Positions 35,875-49,508 of a stretch of 64,000 nt of DNA are shown piece by piece. A program made the position numbers and the translations under genes. The notes below the pieces were generated by a model. It made no database searches. It was given only the letters and a program-made list of their open reading frames with translations, and had not been told where the DNA came from. The first letter of the stretch is position 1; the number at the start of each line of letters is the position of its first letter. Source of the DNA: Zygnema circumcarinatum SAG 698-1b (lineage: Eukaryota; Plantae; Zygnematophyceae); contig CM074811.1 in NCBI GenBank assembly GCA_037447605.1, forward strand, positions 1,550,001-1,614,000, read 5' to 3'.

Positions 35875-37152
35875 CCTTGTCTACTGGCACGCATGGCGTC
35901 TCGCTTCCCCAAGAAGGAAATTGGCTCGCCTTCGTGTGAGAGATGATGCGGGTGGCTGCTCTTCAGAAGCAAAACCAACCTTGCATTCGGCCGTTTGTAG
36001 CGGCTGTTTGTAGCTACGCAGCTAGAGAGCCACCCCTTCAAATAAGTAGTCGTTCATTCACCTTGTATACATATTCTTTCTAAAAAAGAAAACCCATATA
36101 ATCATTGCCGCATGCATGACATATGAGTGATGGGTTTCTCGCCTGTTGAAACACGTTGTGCCGTTCTCTCGTTCTCGTTGAAGTGAGCGAAGGACACGGC
36201 TGAGAATTGCAGACCTTCCATGAGGCCTTCCGTCTGTACGGCCAGCGTTACCGTTCGACCCAATACTGTACGGGCATAGCACCGTTTGAAACCTCGACCG
36301 TACGATTCGTACAGCTTGACTGCCTTACATTTGGGGTTGCGTGGAATCCACGCGAGCACGGAACTGTCGTGCGTCACGGTAAGATACATCCTCGGCTTTG
36401 TGCGTGCATTGGTCTACGTGTACGGCACGTATCGGTGCTGCTCATGGCAATCGAATGACGCCACGTGCATAGATGGCGCCACAAGCGCCAAAAGTGCCTG
36501 CTTTCGGCAGTGTACGAGATTTCCACGTGGCGGCAGGACAGCAAAATATGTACGGCCTTGGCGAGGTCAAAATTCAACTTTTTCGATTGTCGTTTGCGGA
36601 CCACCGTGACGGCGCGTGACGAGGAATCTTCTCTGACAAAAAAAGCAAAAAAAACTTCCAAACCTTTCCCTTTTTTTTTTAAATGTATATATATGTAATT
36701 TTTTAAGGGTGGTTCTTCCCGAGCCATCGACTATCGACCGCTACGAGAAATCTCGAAAAAAAAATTCTCAAGTCCCAAAAATCTGCCCGTCCTCGGACAG
36801 TCCCAGATTACCTGCCCAAAAAGCGGCGAACGTGGCCTAAAAAATTCTGCAACAGCCTGCTACGGTCCGGCGGGCAGCAGAAAAAAAAACTTCGGATTCC
36901 TCGGCGCGCAGTGCCGGCCGACATCGGCGGCATCGCTTCTCCCTCTCCTCGGCGCCGTCGAGAGCCTCTCTCGTCGAACGCCCCCCTCGCCGCCGCGTGG
37001 CGCCCACCTCCCGCCATGGCGACCGCAGCTCGCAGGATGGCGTACAAGGCCGCGCAGGGAAGCCATGGCAGGCAGGGCTCCCCCGCTCCACCCTGCGGGT
37101 GCCTCTCCCTGAACCCAAGACTACCTCCTTCTCAAAACCCTAAATTTGAGGG

Positions 37153-39888
37153 ATGGCGACGGAGAGGAGCAGCGATACCGCGGCTCCGGTGGCCGTGCAG
37201 ATGCCCGCCGGGTCTACCTCCGCCATGGGCTTCAATGAGCGCCATGGCGAGGAACCCATCCTGCACGACATCCCCATGGACCCTGCTCCGCGGGGGCCTG
37301 AAGGGGCAACCGCCGCCGTGCATCCCGCAAGCCCTCCCGCCACTGTCGCCTCCGCGCCCACTGAAGAAGACGAGATTCCTCCGAACACGTTGGGCCAGTG
37401 GAGAATGTCAGTAATGACCCACTTCTATCTTCTCCGCGTGGTTTGCTTCCTCACATTCTGCACGGGCCTCGCCTATTTGGGCTGGAAGACAGCCATGGTG
37501 AGTTGGCACATCACGCGGGCCGGTGCTACATGCATCATCTTCCTCTGCAGCGAGCTCCTGGTGTTCCTTTGCTCCCTCATGCTCATGCTGGAAGTCAGCG
37601 TCCCCGCGAGAGAGCGGCCCCCCATGCTCATCCCCGACGAAGGTCCCTTCCCCTCTGTCTCTATCTTCATCTGCTGCTGTAAAGAGTCTCTGGACGTAAT
37701 TCAGGACACAGTTCGAGCGGCGCTTGCTCAAAAGTACCCTCCAGAGCGGTACATTGTGTGGGTGCTTGACGACGGGGGAGATGACTCCCTCAAAGCGTGG
37801 GTGGAAGGGGAAAGCATTGAGACGGCGGGGCGAGTGCGCTATGTGCGGCGACCGAAGCCAAAGGGGGTTCCGCATCACTTCAAGGCGGGGAATATTAACT
37901 GGGGCTTGCGGCAAGCGGGAGGTGATTTCGTGGTCATTTTGGATGCGGATATGATTCTGTCCAAGTTCTATATTGCGAGCGTGTTGCCGCACTTCACATC
38001 GACGGATATCGCCTTCGTGCAGTGCCCTCAAGCGTTTTACAACATTGTGAAGGGGGACCCTCTGAACGACTCGTCGCTGGACTTCTACGATGTTTTTCTT
38101 CCGTATAGGTGAGGGTGCGGCGGCATGTTCAAGGAATAGAAGCAGCACTGTTTACAGAATGCTAGTTACTTGTGGAGGATGTGAGTGGAGGCTTAATGTG
38201 ACAAGACCGCCGGATTGATTGTTGCTGCCCGCAGGGATGGACGCGATTCAGCGCAGTGTGTAGGGACCGGGGTATGTATTCGAAAAGAAGTGCTCCGAGA
38301 AAATCACGGCTTTACAACGGGGTCCATCACAGAAGACTTTGATACAGCGATGAGCTTTCACTCCAGGGGCTATAAAACGGTGTACATCAACCAGGTAAGC
38401 AATCTACTGAAGCAGCAGATTGGTCTGATTATGTTCTTCACGCCTGCCCCTCTCCTTCTCAGTTAATACAATGATGTTGGCGTTGTTGGGAGTGTGCAGC
38501 GGCTGCAAGCAGGGCTGGCCCCGTGGACGCTGGAGGGGTACATAAAGCAGCACCAAAGGTGGGCGACAGGGAGCCTGCAGATCCTCTTTCATCGCAACCC
38601 TCTCTGCATTCGGGATCGCCGCTTTAGCCTCTACCGCCGAATCAGCTACTGGTATGCTGGTGGGTACCGCCGCACAACGTAAAGAGATCTCATCTCGTCA
38701 TCTGCAAAATGCTCGAAAAACGTTATCTGCTTGCACACGTACGAGGGTCAGCATCCAAAATGACGGTTACTTTTTCCCTCCGTTGTTCCTCGTATGTCAT
38801 CCTAACACTTAAAGGGGTAAATCGGCGGGTGGGTGCAGGAGTGCAGTACTACATGAACGTCGTAGTGATGCTCATCCTCATCATGCCCATTGTCATTTTG
38901 GCCTTCGATCTGCGCATCATGATTGAAGCGCCACCCACCTACGTTCAGCGCCTCTACATCCTCCTGTTGGTGCCGTATGTGACCTCCAGCCGCCTGCTCT
39001 GCATGTGTCTTTTCTCGCGCCTCCGCAGCGGAATGATGGTACAGATGCGGGGCGAGCAGGTCAGCCTCTCCCTCCTCACACTCCAGCGTTTCAAGCGTGC
39101 ATATGGAGGGAAGGAGTGAGGTTATGATAAATTTCACATTTTAAAACGTGAGAGTTGTCGAGAAACTGAATTCGTAATTCCATAGTGATGAGACATTCCA
39201 TCTGGTGGACAATCTCATGCAGGTTTGGTATTGGATGGCGCCTTTCAACTGCATTGCCATCCTGCGTTTCTTCTTCCCCTCGAAACATTTCAAGTCAACC
39301 GGCAGTTCCAACCGGAGGCCCACTGTGTGGTCCCGCCTCTCCACCGTATGGTTCCACATAGCATTCTGCGTTGTTGCCATCGGCGTTGTTGCCTGGAAAT
39401 TTTCTCAGCTGGAGTATCGTGACTGCGGAAAAGTAAGCCCCCCTCTTTCTCAACCCACATCATGTCTCCCCTCTCTCCCCTCCCTAGGGGAGTCCCTAGG
39501 GGAGGGAGGGGAGATACGTCATTCTGAGATGAAGCGAAAGAGCTAATGAGTGCCCTCCTTTCTGATGCAGCTCTTGAAGGTGACATCATGGGCTCCTTTC
39601 ATCATATTTGGAGTCCAAAACATGATGGTTCCCGTTCTCTATCAACTGAATGCGCCAAATCATCCCAAAGTTACCAACCGGCGCCAAATGTTGACATATG
39701 ACGAAAATGGGGTGCCACGCACCCATCCAGACCAGCTCTACCCCGAGTCTGATCCGCGCCTCTATCTGTTCTATCTCGTGCCTGGCCTCTGGTTTATTGG
39801 AATCCTGTTTTATTTTTACGTTGCAATAGCAGACATTCGGCCTTCGTTTTGCACAAAAAGCGGATTTTTTGATTATGACCACTTTTAG
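37153..39888 (+). CDS. Processive GT2 beta-glucan synthase, compact bacterial/fungal-type (no RING, P-CR or CSR insertions)
   Basis: Two N-terminal TM helices, then VLDDGG, PHHFKAGN, ILDADM, FVQCPQAFYN, GSITEDF and QHQRW (D,D,D,QxxRW signature), then several C-terminal TM segments. Six exons. Confidence 0.92.
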
Positions 39889-40670
39889 CTCCTGCAGGAG
39901 TAGGTCTCGAAACAATTGGGGTAGCAAATTTGATCAGCGAATCAGACAGCAGAACTGGGCCCCTAAGAAATTTTCTGCTAGGTTTTATGTGAGACGTTTC
40001 AGTTCCTTCGTTTTCAGGGGTTGGGAAAGAAAAAGGCAAATCTCTTGCCCTGTTCACTTTGAAAAATTGACGATGACGCCATCACCCTTCTGAAAACGGA
40101 ACACGCAGCGTTCTATGTTACTTCTCGAATATGTGAGTGGAGAGCAAACTGAAATGAAGGGGCTTATTTGCCTGGTTGCATGTTTGGTTCACAAGGTGCA
40201 AGATTGCCCGAAAATGGATAGAGAAACACCGACAGTTTTATCTAAAACTGCTGAAAATTTACATTCTTGGAACACACAAAAAGAGTGGAGACATGCTCGC
40301 CTCAGAATACAGCAAGTGATGCACAATGGAAACGAAAGAGACATTTTTGTGATAGTTTAAAAACTCGTCCATTAAAATTGCCGGCGGTAAACAAGGATCA
40401 AGTTTAAATTATTTATTTCGGTTTGCCCTAATTTACACGACAGCCTTCCCCGAACACAGACATTAAAAAAGCGGTGAAACAACCTTTCCACCTTCTACAT
40501 GTGGAACAATTATGAAAGAATGGTCTACGCTAAGGGGAAACCCTACATCCTCTCATCAAGGAAGTAAGCAATGAGCCTCAACAAAGGACGGGCTAATAAT
40601 CTTGGCAAGACCCAGTTCCAAAAGTCTAATTTTTTTTAAACATGCAACCGAAAAGTTGGCTTCCTACCCT

Positions 40671-43600
40671 CTAATCCTCAACTGGACTGGGCACAAGGCT
40701 GAACCATCCGTCATTTCTGTGCGATCTCTGACTTGCCCGAGGAGCAAACGGTAGTTTTCCATCCGCTAAGCCTAAAAGATTCAACGAGCCTTCACTAGCC
40801 GACCTTGACATGCCTCCAAGACTTAATTTCTTTGCTGCATTGTGAAAAACTGGGGAACCGAAGCCTTCTGGGCTCCCGTCCGAGGTCTCCCTCAAGTCAA
40901 AAAACTCATTAGCTGTATCTAACAGTTGCAGATTAGGGAAGGAGTCTATTTTCCTTCCCAAACCTAAACTGGGACCCTGCATGCGCGTTAAAAGCCTTTG
41001 GGTTGGCCAAACTGCACTGCTTTCAAAATCATACGAGGACTCTGTCTGTGAACGACCATTGAGCTCTGGCAAGCGCGCAGAGTCAAAAGGAAGTCCTGCG
41101 ATGCGATTAGACTTGATAAACTCACAGGCACTGCAAAACTGTTTGCGCATGTCCGCACCCCTGCAGAGGGTCAACGGCGGCTGCATATGGTCACAGCTGC
41201 GGGAGGCAGCCATTGGTCTTGAAAGACAGCTCCCTGCGGTTCTCCGCAGACCTGACCAGCCGCTCCTGTGAGGAAGTTGAGCTGACTTTGTTGGGCAAGA
41301 AGTGGCAGTCTCCACTCCAGGGGAGCTATTTTCAGACTTCGAGAAAACATCTTCTGCTGTTGAGTAGTTCGAGTTCCAACAGCGACGTGGTATTTCCTTA
41401 GGATCAGCGCAGCTGGGTGTGGACCCTTCTTGCACATCCCAGGCTTGCCAGCGATCTGGAGGAGTCGATATGCCCTTCACTTTGTCATTCTGACTCAGGT
41501 TCAAGACTGCACCGTCCTTTTGGAGTCCATCACGTGACACCGTCAACTGCACAAGAACAGCAAACAGAAATTCTGAGTGCACAAGTTCCGCAATTCTTGT
41601 TATCGAAGTTACAGAGACACTCATCACGTTCTCCGATCGATTTGCCTACTGCTTGCGAATCAGTGTAAACCGTTTGTCTGTGATATTCTAGCGATTCCAG
41701 CAAGTCGCAGACACGTAGCCCCTCTGCAAAAACAATATCTCAGTGGAAGATTGCCTCAAGAGAGCACGCCAGCTTTAACGTCCCTGAGACGTTCGGCAGT
41801 CCAGCAAGTCACATGATTCACGTGAGAGAAAAAGAGGCATGATATGGAGAAGCAAAGCAGTCAGGAGGACCTCTCTGTACTCAATCCACACGCAGTTCTG
41901 GGGCAAGGTGAACCATTCATCAGGAAACAGGGAAAGCCTGCAAAAGTAAAAAATGGCATGCTACTCAAGTTTCAGGGCCTGGTGAATTATGTCATTCGTG
42001 TGTCAATCTCTCACTTTGCGCCGCATCACACCTTGCTGAAAAACTTCATTGACATTGAACGACATGAACCAAACGAAAGATGCTGGCTAGAAGCACACTT
42101 GGCCTCACTTATGATTCCTGCTGCTGTCTGCGCCCTGCCTATGGCTGATCCTGGACACCGTTTGGTCGTTCCCCTCTCCTCCAGAAGCGGCCTCTCAGAA
42201 TGTGACTTGCACTGCAGGACGTCACAAAAGGCACAAGCAATTGGACTAAGAAAGGAGGATGGGAGATGGATATCTAACCGTAAGTAATTTGCTGGAGGCG
42301 CTAGTTTATACCACCGGTGAACCTTACTGAATGCTACGAGGAATTCCTGCAATTCAGGCTTCAATATTTACGTGGCCTTAAGTTGACCGACTGGATGGAC
42401 TCGTCTGAGATCAAAGTTGAGCCAACTCTGTGATGCAGAATGCTCCATTGGAGCATTACTGCTTTCGAGGTTTACATCTTGAGCAAAGCATAGACGGCCT
42501 TGCATGCGCCTTAGCAGGTAAAACACCTGAAATAAAAATACTGGTAGCAAGTGTTTTAACTGTCTCAAGGGATAGAGCTGAAGGTTGCTGGTAACTGTTC
42601 AACCAGGTTAAGCACTCCAGCAGAAATAGAGCTCTTACGGTGGTGTTCCTATGCTTCTCTGCCATATGCAAAACCAGTACCTAAATGCACTGAATTTCAT
42701 CAGTGGGCTACCGCTGAACCAACAGTGAAGCTGATCAAGCTTCCGTAAGACTCAAACCCTTCTTGAGGCTTAGGCGCTTCATAATGCTCATGACGAGCCC
42801 ATACACCGACTCTCTAGAACATGTGCATTCGTGAGGTTGGGGAGCTGCACTTCTCTGAAATCCCGGGTTTATGGCCCTTACTACTTTGTCCGATTACGAT
42901 TGAAATTCTCGGTTAATACGTACAAGAAAAGAAAAGCCATTAGACCAAGCCAGAATTTCAGAAGGACTAGGACGAGCTCGAGCATGAAAATCCGCAATTC
43001 CACAATTATCCCCCCACAATTAATACAGCGAGCAAGAAGAAAACAGAACAAGCAATGTGTGATCTTCACTCAGAAGCATGAAGCACACCCAGGAAAGAGT
43101 ATAGCTTCCCACAAAAAAAAACCCACAAAGCTGCTTGTTGATTTGTCTCATCGGCAGCAGCAAACATGCTGAAACCTCACATAACACGTTGCTTGCGAAT
43201 CCTATTTCCAACGATTCAGATCTGACCATGTTCTTCAACAAAATGATTCTTAGCGTACACCACAAACAAGATACTTTGGGTACGTCCTAGTACCATACAT
43301 ATTTCTCTTGGTTTGCAAGTGTGGATTAGTATGTAATATGGATCACACCTGAATGGGAATACAGAAGTTGCATGGAAGAAGAAGCACAAGAAACTCTTAC
43401 ACTTTCAGAGATGCGGTTTGCGTTTGTGCAGAAGGTTGGGCTTATGAGTTGTTCAAGCATGCTTTCAAGTTTGTTAGCATCTTAAGGGATAGCTGCTTGC
43501 GTCTCTAGCGCACATCACCTATTAAGCTGTCGTCGAGTTAGTTCCGAGAACATTACAACAAAAGGCAACAAATTTTGACTCAACAACTCACACTTCCACC

Positions 43601-46600
43601 TCTCACCTCACCTCTCTCGCAGCGCAAACAATGTGCAGCTGAACTCGAGTTCAGCTGAGACCTTATTGAACACAAACCCAGCCGGCAATGGACAGATTCC
43701 ATTTCAACGAAATACCGACTCCAGAAACAAGTTAATTCCTTTGTATGCATTCAGAGGCATTAGAGAAAAAAGGCGTCAGAGCACTCAGACAATCATGCAA
43801 CAATCGAAGCAACTTGTTACCTTCAGCTCTGCCAGTTGTTGCTCCATTCGAGCCTTGTCTTGTTCCACTGCAACGCGAGCCAATTCTTGTATCTCCAACG
43901 CCTGTCGTAGTCGTAAAACCTCCGCCAACGCTTGTTCTGCTCGAGCTTTTTCTTTCTGAAGGGCCGTTTCAAGGACCTGAATTTTGTGTCTCTCCTCAGA
44001 TAGCGACTCCCGTTCTATCCTTAGTGCTTCGGTCAAGTCCTTCACTATTCCATCAGCACTACCGTCAACAAACTCCGAGTTTTCAAGAGACACCTGCTGA
44101 ATGGAACTTGGAGGGTGCTGTATTTGACTGCTTTGCTTGAGGTCCACATTTCCCATCACTACCTCATCCAAAGTGCTTTCCTCTTCAGAGGGTCTCTGTC
44201 GGCCGTCAGATGATTGAGACCCTTCAGGATCTGAGACGTGTAAACCAGCACCCTGCTCGCCTTCCGGCTGCCTAACAGCCCGTACCCACGGTGAACAAGT
44301 TCTATCGACAAGGTCTACCCTCCCTTCATTAGCATATGTAGCACTTTGAATCTTAGGCTGTCTTGTGCTTACGCTCTTCCTCTTTTTACGCGTTTCTGCC
44401 CGTCCTGCAGACGACCGCAAGTTGTGAGATTGATTCAACTCCTTGCTAATCACCGTCTCAGTGTCTGATTGTTGGCGATGTTTGGGTCCTTCCACTTTGT
44501 GATGGAGTCCTCTGCTGCTCGATTTCCCATCCACTCTGATCCACTCACTATCATCCTTTAGTGTTCCCTGCTCTTTGTTGCTAGCGATCTCTTGTTTCTC
44601 GGCTACTAATGGATACACCTCTGATTCTGATTCAGAACTAATATCGCGCCTTCTGTGATCCACGGTATATTCTGCTTCAGGCACAGTCACTAACGAACCA
44701 TTGAGCGATTTCTTAAGAGTCTCGGCGGCCATTATCTCAAAAATGTCATCACTATCTGCTATGACCTCCAAAGACGGGAAAGTATCAACTGCTGAGCACG
44801 ACGGTGATGACGACGGTGATGACATAGACTCTGGATTTCGATTCAGACATGCCTGAACACCATCGTCTTCAGTGCTCTCCAAATTCTTAGTTCCTCCATC
44901 CTTCCGGTTCAGCCCCTCCCTTGCATTTCCCTTTCTGTCCTTGCGCTTGTTCTTACTTCTGTGACAACCAACTCGAGCAATTGCTGGTCTGGTCGCTTTA
45001 ACATTCTCTTCATCAAATAAGCTTAGCAACTCTGCTTGCCTTTTCGCCACTTCTTCCTCAAGAGCAAGCCATCGTTTTTCCTGCATCCTCAATAACAGCA
45101 ATAAAAAAAGCTTATCAATACATAATAGCAATGTACACTGTCGTCATGGTCTGGTGTTAGCATTCAATGCGCGCAAACGATGCAAGCTAATTACCAAGTA
45201 ACTCGCTGGAGGATGGCACACATTAACTCAGAAAATGGATTTGCCCATGCAGTTGCAGTAAGACAGTTTTGTGAAAGAAACGCAACCAGTCAAAATTGCA
45301 CTGGGACTTGATTGGACAGTGATGGATCAGAAACTTTCAGCAAAAGCAGCAAGACTGATCAAACCTTGCGACTGGCCTTCGACTCAGAAATAGAGCTACA
45401 TAGAGATATCTTACAAGGACAGTGGAAGCTGCAGTTCCCTTCAGAGCTTCCATATGCGCGGTTCTCGCTCTGCGACAGCGCTTAGTTACATCCGCTCCCT
45501 TGTCACAAAGAAGCACTCTGCACGGAGAACATGCAATCTGTGAGCTACAACGCTATCAACTATTGTTTCTGTGCCGACATTACAAGTACTGTAAGAAAGG
45601 TCAACCCCACATATGAATAATGCGAAGACCCGACCCATCAGACGACTTAAACGTTTGCCACATAAATCAAACCAAACCTTCAATTCATAACAGACATATG
45701 ATACGATTTTGAACTGAGTCCCCTGAAGAAAGCATACCCGCCAGCTGTCATCCTAGAGGTAAATACACTCAGATCCAAGTTTCTCTATTTGGCTACAGTG
45801 AGGTCCGAGGAGAGGGCGCTTTGCTTACAGACAGTCTGCAGAATTACTTCGTGCACCATGATGCAATGCTGAGCATCCATCTGTGTCCACTGCATTGATA
45901 TCCGGCCCCCCTTCTAAAAGGGCTCTTGTCGCATCCACCGCGTTGCGAGCCACAGCATGCATCAGCGATGACTTGCCCTCTGAAGTCTTGGCATCTATAT
46001 CTGCACCAGCCTGCCAACCCCACAAGTACTGTTTAACAACCAGAGTAAAGTGGCTATCTTCCAATACTGAAAACAACGAACAGATGAAGTTACAACGAAC
46101 ACCTAGCAAATTCAGAACAGAGGGGTGTGCTGGTATGGAATTTTCGGGGGCTTAAAAATAAACATCCCAGTGGCACTCGATGGTCTACACTTATAGAAAA
46201 ATTCCCCAGCTTGGAGCCCCACAAAACCAGAAAGCAATGTAAAGTTGCACTAGCGTAACCCGGAATGTTGCATATATGTGTTGAACCCACCTCCAACAGG
46301 AGATGTATGGCCCCAGCGTGCTGCCCTTCCGCAGCCGCAATTAGAGGCGTCACTCCTCCATGTGATCTAGCATCCACAGTTGCTCCTGCATCCAGTAACA
46401 CCTTAATGCATTCTTCGTGCCCATTGTATGCCTGCAGAAACAAGTTCATGATAAACAGTGACGTTAGTGTCTTGAAGTCTGGCAGTCAAGAGACAGGCAG
46501 ATTAAAAATATTACACTAAAGCTAAAAAATGTGGAGATGGGGAGCAGAATGACTTACAGCAGCAATGAGGGCAGTCACACCAACTCGGTCCTTCGCATCT

Positions 46601-49133
46601 GGCTCCGCTCCCCCCTCCAGAAGAATCTTCACACAACTGCACAAACAACAAAGGCACAGACTACCGTGAAAGGAGATTCCATGCAGCTGAAGCATCGAGT
46701 GACGAAGAGGAACAACACATTCCTTACATAACTTGGAGGAAGTTGACTTCAAGAAAGGAATGCTACTTCTCTTCTATCTGAGTGGCTAATGAATGATCAC
46801 GGAAGTGGACAGACAGTATCAGGGGATGCACAAATAAGGCGGAGTATGACTATGTCGAGCATATGTACGGGCAACATCAGTTAGGCACTCACTCGGCATA
46901 TCCACTCTCAGCAGCTACTGTAAGGACTGGCCACGGATTCTCCAAAACCCTTGGTCTGCATGCCATAGGCCCAGAATCTCAAAGCACTTAATGATAGAGA
47001 CCTCCCTTAATGACTAGGGTCGTTGACGTAACAAACCTCTCCTTACAATCACTAAACATACATACCCGGGTGCTCCCTATGGAGTAACAGTTCACAGTGA
47101 AGCCGTCGGTGCTAAAGTTTACCTCAATAAGAGTGAAGGTTGTAAGGACAGGGATTGCGGAAACTTACGTTGAAAAGCCACTGTCCGCAGCTGCCAATAA
47201 GGGCGTTGCTCCATCGCAATCGTGAGCTTCAACGGAAGCCCCATTATTCAACAGAAGCCGCGCAACTTCCAAGTGGCCATTGCGACATGCCGCTGTAATG
47301 CACAAAAACGAGAATTAAAGCCTTTTTCGGGATGCGTCCAAAGGCGTTCAGAGAATTGACGAACAGAGGACCGACATGCAACTGAGCTAGACCTTGTCTC
47401 CCCCGAGTGGACAACTAATTTCGCTATTTCTCAAATGCAACGTTTAACTAGAGAAGTAGAGAACTAGAGAATACACAGAATTCAAGTCTCAGCTGTGTTT
47501 CTATACATGCAGACCAAAACTATGGCTATGGTATGCATGGCGATGCAACCTATAGTGGTATGATCATGGTGCACGCACTTTGCCTGTTCACAGATAGTCT
47601 ATCACTTGCCTGATAAGGCATTCCCAAGTGTTGCTGCTCTGCTCGATCTCCAGAGAGGGTCAGCAGTTTCTGGAAAAAGGTTCAAGGAGGATGCGACAGC
47701 GGCAAGATTTCCAACCGCTGATAAGTTAATCAACTCTTCGTAAGGCGCCTTTGAGCCATCGCCAAGGAGCGACTTCTGTAGCCCCTGATTCGTCATGCAT
47801 AGCCTTTCGTTTGAAGCAAGATGTTCCTTCCACTCAGAATTAGCTAGTAAGGCAATAGTTGCATCCATGTCGCCTCGAGGTACAAGCGACCCATCATGTC
47901 CGTGCACTGTGCCATTATTGATATCTACAGCAAGTTGCCTGGCTGTTCTCCCAGCTTTGTCTTTAAGAAACGGGTTTGCCCCTGAAAAACGAGGACCAGA
48001 CACAGTTTCAATACAAACGTATGAAAAGCATAACAAGCTACAGCTATTATCAAGTTACATTGTGCTTTCATTGAAGATACTATGTCTAGACAAGAATTTA
48101 GCGCTCAGTCTGGTGAGTAGACTAACCACGCTCCAACAACAATGCTATACACTGGCCCCTGCCGTATCCAGCCGCCATATGAAGCGGAGAGAAACCATCT
48201 TGATCCCAAGCGTTAGGATATGCCCCTGCAAACAAAGTTCAAATTGCCCAAAATCAGTGCAAAGTAAGCATCTGACGATGTACAATCATGCAGCAGACTC
48301 GTTTGTTGTGCGCACAAAAAATGCAACCATCGCCTGCAGTTGAACTGTAGCAAACACATGACAGAACTTTTCAGTTTAATTCTAATACACGCACAAACAC
48401 CGGCACACTCCCGCCAACACATTCTGAGTCATTGTGCTCGCCTTGTCACATGCTCTTTAGTGCCACATATGCCGCTGTATCACCTCCTTTAATAACTAAA
48501 ATCACATAACGAGCTGGCGAAGCAATGGAAGCCCCGGTCCGACAACAGCTCACCTGCATCCAAGAGAACTTGAGCACACTCCTGAGACGCCATGCCACAC
48601 GTGAAATGCAGAGCTGTTCGCCCTCTCTCGTCTCGACCGTTGATTCCCGTATAGTACTCACTGCCTGGTGCGACTTTCGCTACTTCCTCAGTTGCACCAG
48701 ACTCTGAAGGCAGACCAAAACAACGAGTCAGTTAGCTAGGCCAGCGCCACACTAAAGAAACCACGAAAGCCAAACAAAAAATGTGCTGGAAAGTCGGAAT
48801 GGTACTCCAAAACCCGCATTCTTGGGGTAAGCCTCTGAGCTAACGTAAGCATTGCCTCTGTTCATGCCTGCAAGAAGATCCTCAACCTTAAACACACTCC
48901 ACTCCAACACGCTCACCACCTTCCAACCTCACTGAGCCCACTCCATTCCCCGTCCCCGAACTAGCACCTTTCTCGCCGAGCTGCTTCTGCATTTCCACCA
49001 GAATGCGGCGCACGCGCTTTATCTGATTCTTCTTGGCCGCATCTATCAGGTTGATGACTGCATCCGCCGAGTCCTGCCATGCCTCCCGCTCCCCTCGCGC
49101 AGGCCCTGCCGAGCCTGGTCTAAGCGGCGGCAT
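40671..49133 (-). CDS. Large ankyrin-repeat / coiled-coil protein
   Basis: Start MPPLRPG at 49133. Ankyrin exons [87 protein letters not shown] and [24 protein letters not shown]; a long coiled-coil exon ~45100-43818; further in-frame exons ~42810-42285. Whether ORF 41627-40671 is the last exon is not fully resolved. Confidence 0.8.
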
Positions 49134-49393
49134 TTTGCCTGGCCCTCCCTTCTCCTCCCCTCCCCTCTCCTCTCCCTCCCCTTCAGCCCTCTGTCTCCTC
49201 CTCCCTGAGTCTGCGCCTGAACGTGGACCTCCTCTCCCTCTCTCCCTCCCTTGCAGGAGCAGCCCTGTGCTCGGCCGCCCGGCGGGATCCGGCACCCTCA
49301 GGCGAGTGGCGGCCCGTGGCCGCAGGGATCCGTCGGGACGGGCTGGCAGCGGCCACGCCAAGAGGGGAGCCGCCGCCCTATCCGGGACAGGGG

Positions 49394-49447
49394 CCAATCA
49401 AACCGCGCCACGTCGGATAAAAGTGCTACGTGGCACGCGTTGATTGG
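49394..49447. promoter_or_regulatory. 54-bp inverted CCAAT/CCAC module, copy 3
   Basis: ccaatcaaaccgcgccacgtcggataaaagtgctacgtggcacgcgttgattgg: two exact CCAAT-N9-CCACG elements facing each other, about 260 bp upstream of the ankyrin gene ATG. Confidence 0.75.
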
Positions 49448-49508
49448 CTCCTGTCATCGACTCTCGCACCCACAAAAGTGAATTGACCAAGCGATGGGTT
49501 GCATGCAT

